From: Chara braunii
Lineage: Eukaryota > Plantae > Charophyceae
NCBI GenBank assembly: GCA_003427395.1
Contig: BFEA01000012.1
Span: 6,435,083 to 6,495,368 of the forward strand
Direction of reading: 5' to 3'
DNA length: 60,286 bases
In this document: piece by piece, positions 37,901 through 50,165 of the stretch
Numbering within the stretch: position 1 is the first letter of the stretch
Layout of the letters: each line of letters starts with the position of its first letter
The notes under the pieces: model-generated
Seen by the model: only the letters and a program-made list of their open reading frames with translations
Told to the model about the DNA's origin: nothing
Databases searched by the model: none
Position numbers and translations under genes: made by a program

Positions 37901-40900
37901 GTGTGGACTATTGTCAGGCGACAGTGCTATCTGAAATCGAGGAAGTGGGAATTGGTGGCGTGATCAGACTTGCAAAGGGGGTTATCGCTGCGACTTGAAG
38001 CCTTGACAGGGTGCCATTTGTCAAACAGTTTGACTTCGGTTTGACTAACGGTTGCACGTGTTGGCCATCATTGCGGGGCCTTCAGGTGATTGAAGATTGC
38101 AAGACCCTCTCCTGAGAGTTGAGTCGGTCCCTCTCCTGTATCTCGAGAGTCTGAAACCCCTACTTCTGACGTTCTTAATCTAAGTTTAGTCCTAGTTATG
38201 AGAGGAAGGCGGCAGGTGGGATTGCAACCCGTACGACCGCAGCAAAGACTTTGTGGGAAGTCAGCCCACCGATTGCGGGAGCTCTGTCGGAACTCAAGAG
38301 GAGTTCTAGAGGCAGGGAACTGAAAGGTAATCTTTGCGTTTCTTCCATACACCCAGTTATAACCCCTAATTGTACGTTTTGCTATGGTTGACTGAGTATA
38401 TTGCCCGCATCCCTACCTTGACTTTCAGGATAAACCAGACTTAAATAAAGGAATGCATGCGCAATGTCAGTTTCAGTTTTGTTGTCTGACTTAAAGCAGA
38501 TTATGAACAGAGATTGCATCTGGGTGAAAGTGGGAAGGAAGGTTGTATTGCTTGTGTTTGACTGGGTCAACGAAAGGTTGAGAGAGTCTCAATAAGATTG
38601 GAGGGCCCAGTGTTGTGTGTATTTTTCTATTGCCTAAAGGACCAGACAAGTTCCCATAAGATTGGGTGCTCTGGTTGCTTTGACTAGCAAGGGTTGTTTG
38701 TGCTTGATTTTCAGGGACCAAGCATTTTTCCATAAGATTGGATGGTCTGGTCGCTTTGTTTCGTTTGGGATTTCTGGTGTTTATTAGTTTTTCTCTTGTT
38801 TATTTTGAAGGGAATTCAGGCGAAGGACTGGACAGGTTCCCATAAGATTGGGTGGTCTGGTTTGGAGCCGCGCACATGCAAGAACCAAAAGGTTAAATTT
38901 GTTTATATTTTATACTACCTACTTATGAACAGGCTAGTTAGACATTCTTCCATAAGATTGGATGGTCTGACTATAGTTTATCATCAACTGAAGAGAGTAT
39001 AAATTAAGAAAAAAAATTGTGGTAAGAAGGGACGGGCTGAATATTGATCTAAGATGACCGGTTCAGTCATATGTTGCCTTAAAATACAAAGTGCAGACAC
39101 TTATATATAACTTGGATATTTAAATGGTTCAGAGCGACTAGGTTGGCTAACCTAGTCATGTTCCCAAAGAAGAGAAAAGTTTTGGTGCCCTGTGTTTATG
39201 TATATTTTATGGTTGAGCTAGACAGGTTCCCATAAAATTGGGTGGTCTAGCCTTATGCCTTATGTAAGTTGAGTATAAAAGGATAAATCATTGAGAGACT
39301 ATGAACTATTGTTTGATAAGTTGACTTTGAGATGGTGATAGTACTTACCTTTGTGGTTTGGCCTGCATGTGGTTGAGTGAGATTACTACTTAGTCTGAGT
39401 TTCAGTTTGATAGGTAGTTGCTTTAGTTGCTCGCCACGTGCTAGAGCCATAAAAGTTAGTTTCAATTCCTGCATTTCTGAGCTAAGTTTATTTTACTTAG
39501 GTCAATTCCTGCATTTTCTAGGATCTTTTATTATACTTGGTCTTGTATAAATCTTGGAAAGCTACTTTCTCTACAGGAAGCGCTGCCAAAATTTCTACAA
39601 AACCAAGAAATTAGTTAGATTTTATTTTTCAAATTTCAGTATTGTCTGATTTTTATATATGGCATAGTAAAAATATGGAAGGTCGCCCTTTCTAAAGGGA
39701 GTGTTGCCCAAAGTTTTGCTAATTCAGGGAGTTAGATAAAATTTGACTTTGAGAAGTCAAATTCATTTTAGACTCTAAACTTAGCTTTGTATAAATTTTG
39801 GATTAACTCTTTTCTGAAGGGAGTGCTGTCGAAAATTTTACAAATCTAAGGAGTTAGTTAAATTTTGTCTTAGTTGAACTCAAGGTTTGCTCTGGCTTCA
39901 TATCTGACTTATTCAAAATTTGAAAAGTCTTCTTTTTTAAAGTGAGTGCTGCCCAAATTTTTATTAATTCAGGGAGTTAGACAAAATTTGACTTTCCAGT
40001 ATTAGAATTTGGTTTTCATTTTCGTATTTGAGTTATTACAAATTTTGAGAAGGCACCTTTCCTACGGGAAGTGCTACCGAAATTTTCTTAGTTTAGAGAA
40101 GTTAGATTATATTTTGACAGGTGGCGACTCTGAAAATTCACCCTGAATAGGGGAGATGTTGCCATAGGTATGCCTTGCGTTTGGCACTGGCTTAGAGGCA
40201 GGCCTAGGCTTAGCTAGTAGAAGGATCTTGGGTGAGAATGTGTTATGGAGTCGTACTCTCCATACACTTATGAATTTAACCTAGGGATTGACATGTCTTG
40301 TGTTACAGGTCTTATTGATCGATTGATTCAGGATTTGGGCTAGATTCAGCTTGATCCTACAAGGATCATCTTCTGTTATCACTGATAACAGGTCAGTTGC
40401 CGATTCGTCGGTTTACGACTTAACTCCAATTCATTCTTGTCACTCAACCTAAATGTCTTAGCCTTGTGATTTGAATTCTTTTGTTGTGTTTTCGCCCGGA
40501 CTTTATTTGAATGGTCATTTAACGAAAGTACTGAGTATTTTATTTTGAGGAGTTGCACAAGAGTGAGGCTTGCATGGCTGAAGAGACGGGTGTGAGTGCA
40601 GAGAATGGTTGAAGTTGACCTTGTATAGTGCATGGACTTTTGGTTAAATCTTTGATGTGATTGCAAATATGTTTGGTGGTTCGGACTTTGGATTGACTGT
40701 CTGCAATCATATACATATGTATGGCTGAGAGGAGTCTCACTGTGATTGTGAGAAGTGATCGTCTCATATTTATAACCCTCTCTCTATATATATGTAAATA
40801 AATATGTCTTGAGTGTTTTCGTGCGGCCTATTGTGACCACGTGTAAGGGTTAAACAGATTATGTTTTTGAGAGAAAAAGGAGATCCCTTGTTATCCTTTG

Positions 40901-41827
40901 CTTTTTAGAGTTGTACAGTCCGTGGCAGCCCTAGATGATGGAGTTGATCTTCAGGGCGATAAGAGACGATTGTCACCACATGTATGAACCTGTGCTCCGC
41001 AGGGTGTAGAAGAGGGGATGGTTCTCAGCCGTACTTGGCGGTTGTCCAGCGTCGAGAGATCATTCCCTCAAGGCGCGTGTCAGCCGACACTTGGGTGTCG
41101 AATGCGACCCTCGAGAGTAACGAGGACCGCATGAGTATGGGTACTACATAGTACGTCATCATTGCGACTGTTTGCGTATGCTTGCATTGCGAGTCGATAT
41201 GAGTTACTCCTGCGTCCGCTCGGTTTTATACTAATTCTAGCACGCGACGCCTATCAGATTTCCGCATCGGAGAGTTATGGGATGACTACTAAAGGACTAG
41301 GAGTGTTGTCGCGTTGTTTGTTCAGTGTCGTTTTGTATATGTGCGTGTGCGTGCGTGTTCTAATTCTTATATTTTTAGAGTAGTGTATGCGTGGTGTGTG
41401 GGAAGCGTCCTAGTCGACCGACGACGGGTCGCGCTTGGGACCTCAACCCCCCAAGACGTCCGTTCGTGTGTGGGTCCGATAGAGGTGTACAACCACGCGT
41501 ACCCCCTATGGTACAGCGAACAAGAAACGTCATCGGCTGGTCCACCTCTGCGATTGCAACTAATTAGCTTTCGTACTGTGGACTGGTAGCTCGGTGGGGA
41601 TACGCCCACCGAAGAGAGCTGACAACTCTCGTAAGGTGGAGGTAAGTTGTGTCTTGCGTGGGCCCTATCCTGTCGTAGGGGCTTGCGAGATATGGATGAC
41701 GCACTCGGCCGGAGCGGCTTGCGGAAGCTCCATATGTATTCACGACGAGGATCGGACCGACTCCAGTATGACGCGGCCGGGAGGGTCCTGCCCCGTTTCG
41801 TGCAGTGCCAGACCGATGCGCTCAACA
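34966..41827 (-). mobile_element. Giant non-coding LTR-like element, copy B (complete, 6862 bp)
   Basis: Minus strand starts TGTTGAGCGC and ends GCACCGACA. Collinear reverse complement of copies A and D; flanked by a 49-bp direct repeat. Confidence 0.85.
35739..36226. pseudogene. Degenerate LSU (25-28S) rRNA fragments inside copy B
   Basis: 35739-35930 resembles sense CGTCTTGAAACACGGACCAAGGAGT...GAAGGGTT. 35964-36226 resembles antisense TTCTCCACTTCGGCCTTC...CTACTACCACCAAGAT...CTCCTTAGCGG...GACCACCGT. Compared by eye with recalled rRNA sequence. Confidence 0.75.
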
Positions 41828-44800
41828 ACGCCCAAACTAAATCATCAGTGTATGGAGAATAAATCTCAATAGCACATTCTTACTCAAAATTATCTGTCAA
41901 CTAAGTCTAAGTCTTCCCCTAAGTCAGTGTCCAAAGAAAAGGTAGACCTTTGACATAATCTCTACCATACAGAGTGGATTTTCAGTATCGCCACTTGTCA
42001 AAATATAATCTATCTCCTCTAAACTAAGAAAATTTTGGCAGCGCTTCCCGTAGGAAAAGTGTCTTTTGACTCTTTTCAGAATTTATACTCGCTCTAATAT
42101 GAAAACTGAAATCATTTCTAACTCTAGGCAGTTAAATTTTGTCTAACTTCCTGAATTAGTCAAAATTTGGGCAGCATCTTCTTTAGAAAAGTAGACTTCC
42201 CAGATTTATACTAAGTCGGATAAGAACTCAAAGTAAGACTTGAGTCCAGCCAAGACAAAATTTAACTAACCCCTTAGATTTGTAAAACATTTGGCAGCGC
42301 TTAGCGTAGAGAAAGTAGTTTTCCAAAATTTATACAAAACTAAGTTCAAAAACTAGAAATAACTTTGACTTCCCAAAGTCCAATTTTTGTCTGACCATGT
42401 GAATTAACAAAATTTTGGGCAACACTCCCTTTAGAAAAGGAGACGTTCCATATTTTTACTAAGCCATATATGAAAGTTAGACAATCTGAACTTTAAAAAG
42501 TCAAAATTTGATTAACTTCTTGGTTTTGTAAAAATTTTGGCAGCGTTTCCCGTAGAGAAAGTAGCTTCCCAAGATTTATACAAGACCAAGTATAACAAAT
42601 GATCCCAGAAAATACGAAAATTGACCTAAGTAAAAAAAAATAACTCATAAAATGCAGGAATTGAACTAACTCCTATGACTCTAGTACGTGACGAACATCT
42701 AAAGCAACTACCTATAAAACTGAAACTCAGACTAAGTAGTAGTCTCACTCAGTCACATGCAAGGTCAAACCACAAAGATAAGTACTCTCACCAGCCCAAA
42801 GATAAACTTGTCAAACAACAGTTAGTAGTCTTTTAATGATTTATCCCTTATACCTAACTTACATAAGGTGTAAAGATAGACCATCCAATCTTATGGAAAC
42901 CTGTTTAGCTCAACTATTGAATATACACGAACACAGGGCACTACAAATTTTCTCTTCCTGGTATATGACTAGGTTGTCCAACCTAGTCGCCATGAACTGT
43001 TTAAGTATCCAAATTATATATAATTCTTTGTACTTAGTCTTTTAAGGTAACATATGACTGAACCGATCATCTTAGATCAAGGTTCAGCCTGTCGCTTCTT
43101 ACCAAAAAAAAATTCTTAATTCATACTCTTTTTAGTTGGTGATAAGTTATAGTCAGACTATCCAATCTTATGGAAAAATATCTGACTAGCCTGTTCATAA
43201 GTAAAATAGTATATAATATAGACAAGTTTATCCCTTTGGTTCCAGCATATACGTGACTCCAGACCAGACCACCCAATCTTATGGGAACATGTCCAGTTCT
43301 TTGGCTGAATTTCTCCTCAAAATAAACAAGAAGATATTAATAAACATCAGAAAACTCACATAAAGCAAGGCAACCAAACCATCCAATCTTATGGAAAAAT
43401 GCTTGGTCCCTGAAAAAGTCAAACACAAGTAGCCCTCGTAAGTCAAAGCAACCCAACCACCCAATCTTATGGGAACTTGTCTGGTTCTTCAGGCAATCAA
43501 AAATAAACATAGCACTGGACCCTCCAAACTTATGGAGACTCTCCCAGCTTTTGGTTGATCCAGTCAAACAAAAGCAAGACAACCTTCCTCCCACCTTTCC
43601 CCTAGATGCAATCTTTTTTTACAATCTGCTTTCAGTCAAACAACAAATCTGAAACTGAAATTGCACGAACATTTCTTTATTAAGTTTGGTTTGGGTCCTG
43701 AAAGTCAAACATAAAGTCAAAGTAGGGTTGCAGGCAATATACTTAGTCAACCATAGCAATAAATACAGATAGGGGTTATAATTGGGCTTATAGAGGGGAA
43801 GCAATGGTTACCTCTCAGTTCCCTGCCTCCGTAACTTCTCCTGAGTTCCAACAGAGCTCCTGCAATCGGTGGGCAGACTCCCCAAAGAGTCTTGTTACGG
43901 TCCTACGGGTTGCAATCCCGCCTGCCGCCTTCCTTTCTGAATAGGATTAGAAGGGCAGAATGAGGGGTTTCAGACTCTCGAGATACGGGAGAGGGACTGA
44001 CTCAACTCTCAGGAAAGTGCCTTGTTATCTTCCAGCGCCTGAGGGTCCCTCAATGATGGTCGAAACGCACAACCACTTGGCCAGGATTAAAATCAAACCT
44101 CCGGCTGTTGACTCTGTGGCGACTCTCTTCACTCATAGAAATCCTCCCGTGTATAAAATTATACCTCCCCCCCTTCTATGACTCGACCACTCTGCAGTAC
44201 CTATGAACTCAAGTGCGTTGGCTATAAGTGGGGTCTCGCCCTTCTTCAGTAGTAGCACAAGTCCTAAGCCCGCAACACCGCTGAAGCACAGCAACAACAA
44301 GTAGGATACCTACAAATGTAGCCAATGCCGAACATGTACGCGTCTCGACTCCTCTCTCTCCTCTGCACCTTGTTCATTCGTTATGTCTGCAACGAGTCCT
44401 CCTTCATGTCGCAACGACATAGTCGCGTGGTTCGACTAGTCATGGAGATTGTGCAGTCTCCAATAAATCCTGACAAATATCAACCCACGATTGCGCTCAT
44501 GCTACTCTCAATCCACAAGATGAGTCGTGCGCCGGCCAACCGGCACGCTTCTACCTCGGAGCTCGTCTGCAGCTCCGGACCATCACCGACGATTGTGGCA
44601 TTTCCGAGCGCCCATCCGCAGCACGTTCATTTAATACATAACGATGACTACAACCACCAGTATGCTCCTCCCACCATACCCTTCGGTGACGAGGATCAAT
44701 ACGATACTAAACAATACGGCGGTCTTTTGCACAACGGTTCTGCTATCTCGTCCTCATACCGAGACTGCGCCTTTCAGATAAGTGCTTACTCCCTCCTCAT

Positions 44801-46415
44801 CGCACGAGTTTTGCCTGTAGCCTCTTCCATGCGTTTGGCCCCACGAGGCGAGATCAAACCGCATCGGACCTCAATTGGGTAGGCAAAGACCTTTTTATTG
44901 TGGTCACTACTAAAGTCGACCTCCTGTCTACAATTCTGTAGTTTTACGCATACTTCGATTGAGCAGTCGTGCAAAACAAAAAAAAGAACCTTCCGCAAGA
45001 ACATAGGCAGATACACTACTATCCCGATATGGCCGCAGCGAGGTAGAGAGAGGCTATTTCTATCGATACGATGAGCAAATCGGACCGAATCTACCGCTAA
45101 AACGTGGAGATATACAATGCCTTTAGTCCGGTGTATAGTGGCATGGAAAAGGGCTATTTATATCGTTAATACAAGCAAGTCAGAATGAATCTTACACTGG
45201 AGCCCGGGAGGATACAGTCAGCCTTGCTCACTTGCTGCCCGCCAGCCTTTCCTACCCACTACTTCTACTCAATGCACCTGATGGACAGCCCACGGAAGGG
45301 AGGCGAGTGTCAATGTCACCGCGAGGAAGATCATCACGAGCACGAAGATCACCACCGCCGTATTCGGATTTGCCACTACATTGATCGGGATCAGCACCGA
45401 CTTCCTGACAAAAGGGGGACGTGGAACGAAACTGTGGTTGCATGCAAGTAAAAACGAGCACACTAATGCTCTCGGAGCCGGGCAGGTAAAGCAACTACAT
45501 CGAAAAAACAACAATAATAAAACAAACGAGGAAAAAACAAAACAAATCTTATCCTAGGACATGGGCAAATGCATCGCCCTTTCCCTTGGGCGCAACTAAG
45601 AATCACTGTATCGCCTAGACCAACGGCTCAACCCAAAAAACTAACTACGCCATCGTGTTTGCGACGGCTGAAAACCTCGGATTAGGCCCCTCCCTTCTTA
45701 AAGTCCATAGAGAAACAAGTAGGATATTCATTTCTTCGCCTTGCCACATCTGCTCCCACCATTCTTCCGCGCGCCATTTCCTCCTGCTAACTCTTACTAT
45801 ACTAACTTTTCACTCCATTATGGCTTCACCATCTAGCTTGTAACTATCCTAAACCTCTACCTATTGTTCTTGTTCACTTGATTCCATTGAGAACCAAGTG
45901 AATTAGCCAGGTTCCGTTCCGCCATAACCGCCAGTTTGATAGCTACGCGCGGCCTCCTTCCTCTACTAACATCTCTTCTACTTACTCTTCGTCATTTCTG
46001 ACTTGACTAACAGTTTCGCTCCAGTCCAGAACCTCAGAAACGAGTCTTCATCCGATGATTTCCATCGAGGAACGGGCGTGAGCCATCATTTTTTTTCCCA
46101 TCGCCATGCTCATGCCTTCCACCATATCCGCGAACTAACCTTTTTATCTAACTCTAATTTTACTAACCTAGCATTAAATCCGACCTCATCAAGCAACTCG
46201 CCCGGGGCCAAAACCCTAGGATCGTCTTTTTCCTTGTTTGAAACAGCTCACAATCGAGCAAGCTCGACGTTCTCCACCATCGTTACTTTTCAAAATGCAT
46301 TCAAGCGCAACTTGTGGTCGGGTTATTTCCTCCCAGCTACTCGTCTGGCTCTCCACAACTTGCCCCGCCCGCCGTTGCGAGTGGTCCTTTGACCGCGTAG
46401 GATGAACAAAGTGAC

Positions 46416-47170
46416 GGAAACTTCAAGGGGAACCAGCTACTAAACGCTTCGACAAGGTTTATCTTCTCTGCCCGCAGATCCGACGAACGATTTGCGGATC
46501 CTCACTATTATGCCCGCCGCAGTGACCTCCAGTTTGCTCCGCTTTCACTCCAGTTTTTTCTTGCGCTATATTGTGTGCCGACAATTGATACAACCAGCAG
46601 ATCGGTGCTTCGGAAGTTGAAATCCACTACGGTGCGCCTACCAACTCCCCTGGTGCATTTGTCAGCCCAACAGTGAGTAGCACTAAAGCGTGCGACCTAT
46701 ACTCAGCTGTCGGGACGATTTTCAACGCTGCGAGCGTACGAGGGCGTAGACCCGCTGCGAAGTCTGCAGCGTGGGCCTAGACGAAACGGGTCCCGGAGCA
46801 GTTCACGGTGGTCTACGGCCTCCGCCCTGATGCGATCATCCTACCACGCCTAGGCACGGTCCTCCATTTTACTGGACCCCAACGAGCCTGCTCACACTCG
46901 AACTTCTCCCTTCTCACAGCAGGTGGAGGTTAGCAGCAGTGTACCCCCTAGTCATGGCTACCCAACCTTGCTCCACCCCACTACCCTCGAACATAGCTCG
47001 CCATCTTTTGCGTCCCAACAGTCATGCACACACTTAAACCACTCATAACAGATCACGGGCGACAGGCCGGACACCCGTAATGGCCCGTGCTACCCAAGTC
47101 CCCTCCGCCTCGTGGGCCAATCACCCACCTGCTCGCATGCACGTTGAACTCTTCAAATCTTATGTTCAAC
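46416..47170. pseudogene. Degenerate, rearranged LSU rRNA fragments inside copy A
   Basis: Antisense GGAAACTTC..GGGAACCAGCTACTA...GACGAACGATTTGC (46416-46550); sense CAGCAG..CGGTG..GGAAGT.GAAATCC.CTA.GG (46595-46812); antisense TGCTCACACTCGAAC and CATAG.TC.CCATCTTT (46846-47170, partly duplicated). Confidence 0.75.
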
Positions 47171-48692
47171 GACTAGTGGAATAAAGAAATCTCGCCAGCA
47201 TCCCGAACACGCACGAACCCGTAGGTCAACCAAAGGAGACGCACGCTCAAGTCCTCGGCCACCGTGACGGCCTTTAAATCCGGCGTCTCGTCCGAGTCAA
47301 GGAACGCCGAAGTATAAGAATAATACTACAATAAATAATATAATATTTCAGAACTTTTAATCGTTAGAATATGACGAATGAGGAAAAAGAAATCAATAGT
47401 ACCGTTTCGACGCCCCCGACGACAAAACCAAGTGTGATAGCCCCGTCGGACCCTCAACCCCTCGGTCCCTTCGTTGTACTCTGATACCCCCGCATTGTCG
47501 CTGCTCGATCTCAATCCCTGAATCTCTTGGTTGAAAGTCTGACACCGTAACCAATAGTGTTAGGCCCAAGTCTGAGCCTAGTATTAGCAGACATCTATAT
47601 AAACGGGTATCACGCAAATGCGTTGCCTACTAAAACGTTTCAAGGCAGCACTCTCCGCCTTTGCATACTCTAACTATTATCTAGTGTCGCCTTGTCCCCG
47701 ATGTCGTCCTCCGTACGAGCACACAAGTCATTGCCAAACATACCAATCAAGAATAAAATATCTTTTAATCATAGTTTAATCGGGATAAAAACTTTGGTCG
47801 GCACAACGCCAACTCTACAATCATCAACTAACGAAGAGATCACGCGCGCCTTATGTCCGCGCGCCCACACACTCTCTACTCTAGTCAACCATCCTGTCAA
47901 CGTAAACCACAGACACAGTCGCACCTCGCGCGGTATACTTAAATTCTAAACCAAACAATTTTTTTTTTTCTGTCGCTTGCAAAAACCAGGGGGGATACCC
48001 TTGTAAGGGTATTAGCGCCGACAATAGGGCCACGACATTAGGAGTCGATCCTGTATGTCAATGTCATAGGTTTGAACTATTCAAAAATGATTGGCATGTA
48101 CGATTCAGATTGAGTGATATTATGGGGATTTGACGTTTTTCTCTAAAACTCGCGTAATGTACCTTTCACTGGGAGAATTACTAATCTTGATAGTATTAAC
48201 AGTGCATGCAAAACTACCTTGTCATCTCTTCGAAGGATTGATATGGAAGAAAATTTTATGATTTCTCTCTTAAAAATTATCAGAAAAGAACCATTATATA
48301 CATTGGGTGCAGTTGCCCTGGAATATTTGTACTGTGTAAAGGGATCTCTGTTCGGATTCACTCTTTCACCTTTGGATAGGAACCCGATGACAACCCTAGT
48401 GGAATGTCATATAATATATCATGAAGGGATGAGGTGCACATTATGGACTTTTAAAAGTTAAAAAAATAAAATAATAATAAAGTTATATGTTGACTACCGA
48501 CAGATTTTAAGAAGAAGAACCTTGACGAAATTTGGAGAATAAAGTTTTATAAACAATAGCATGAGATTTTGTTTTTTTCCCATGAATCGTACAAATGTTA
48601 AGAAGGATATATTCATGAAAAATTTTACAACCTTATCGAGGTTGTTCCGGACTTATCCTTCCTAATATATTGCTATGAACTCATTCGTGTTA

Positions 48693-48839
48693 ATACCTCC
48701 ATTAGCAGGATTTTGTAGCAAATTTTATCTTTTTTTTGTTGCTTTAGGTTGCAAAGCTTATTTATTAGCCTTAATAAAAATAGTAATCAACGTTATTAGT
48801 TGCTTTGATTATATACGTTTTGTAAAAGTCATGTATTTT
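48693..48839 (+). pseudogene. nad2: NUMT: mitochondrial NADH dehydrogenase subunit 2 C-terminal fragment
   Basis: Translates IPPLAGFCSKFYLFFVALGCKAYLLALIKIVINVISCFDYIRFVKVMYF, matching the green-plant Nad2 C-terminus; AT-rich surroundings. Confidence 0.85.
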
Positions 48840-50165
48840 CATCATAAGTAAGGACAAACATCTTAACCGGAAAAGGTCGATTTGTCCTTCCTCTGCTAGT
48901 CCCGTACGATTTTTTTGCAGAACTCTTGTGCAAATACTAAATTTGATTATTCGCACTCGTAAGAGTGCGCATTTCAACATGATGGCGGGACAAAACTTAA
49001 AAAATAATCTAACCGCTATTAACGAGAAATGTAAGATCTTTGTGTGTTTGCTAAAACGTATAACATGAAGAAAATGTTATAAAATATTTCACATTTGGAA
49101 GAAACATAGGTTGTTCAATGGATGTTTAACGGATTCCGAGATAAGGAAAAAAATTAGGTAAGGATCAAAATCAGAGGAAAAAATGCGACAATCTGAAAAT
49201 CCATCGGTTGGGGGTTTGTTAGACCAAGTAACCTCGAAAAGTTTGTCAATGTCCTGCAAGATCATGTTATATTCAAATCGGTGGGACAGACTCTAAGAAG
49301 AAAATGAGCATTCAAATAGGAGGGCAAACTTGCCCACCAGTGGCATGCCTTGTCTACATGTTTGTTGAGCATAAGATTTTGAAGACATGGGAAAGCGACA
49401 AGAGGAATCTTGTTGGATATCGATGATCTATAATTGTTTGACATGCATAAGAAGAACAACAATAAAGAGCAAAACATGTAGAAAAATTAATGAACCAGAC
49501 TGTGGGTTGTTATCACTTAAAATTAAGAATGGAACGAACGGACAACAATGCAAATATTGTCAAATTTATGAAAACAATTTTTTTTTATGATCAAACGAAC
49601 TGAGATTATAATCATACACAAACCGAAGAACATTGAGAGTATATGGCAGTATCAAGAAAATCGAAGATATATGATCATAAGAGTTACTCATCTTTCGCTC
49701 TTGTTGAACAAAAAATTTCAATTGTCATTCGTATCATTCACTGTATTAGAGCTAATACAAATATAGTTGTCCTTCTCTCATTCCCCATAATCACATTGCA
49801 CCAAGAATTAGAAGGAGTTAGGTTTCCAAACTTTTTCTTGAAGCACTAAAGATTGTTGTCGGGAAGGTGGGTGGGAGTGCATGGCCTCAGTTAACTCCGA
49901 GGCTTGATAAATGTTACCGATGATGGGGTGTGTAGGATATAAATTTGAGGGCCATGAAGATCAAGATGTCGAGACAAAAAGATAGTAGATGTGTTACTGA
50001 GAACTATGCATTGACCTTCTCGTTGAGTTTCAAACGAAGGGATAGTGAATGTGATACACCCCGCCGAGCAGGTTTTTGGAAAAACCTGAGATGGACATAT
50101 GGTGAAGGACCCCACCCCGTTGGATTTTCGAGTCTCATCGGCCCCTCTGTATAAGCGGGTAGTGG

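Larger units (their letters stand above)
33669..48023 (+). mobile_element. Giant non-coding LTR-like element, copy A (5'-truncated; interrupted by copy B and a MITE)
   Basis: Collinear with 50790-58289. Ends ATACCCTTGTAAGGGTATTAGCGCCGACA; TATATAAA at 47596. Confidence 0.8.

Noticed and set aside
38590-39250. CRISPR-like repeat/spacer appearance
   Set aside because: Spacers are irregular in length, repeats are short and degenerate, the context is eukaryotic, and there are no cas genes.
50105-50146. Hammerhead-like CCGATGAGACTCGAAA on the minus strand
   Set aside because: Core U is mutated, stem II is minimal, and there is no convincing stem III or stem I.
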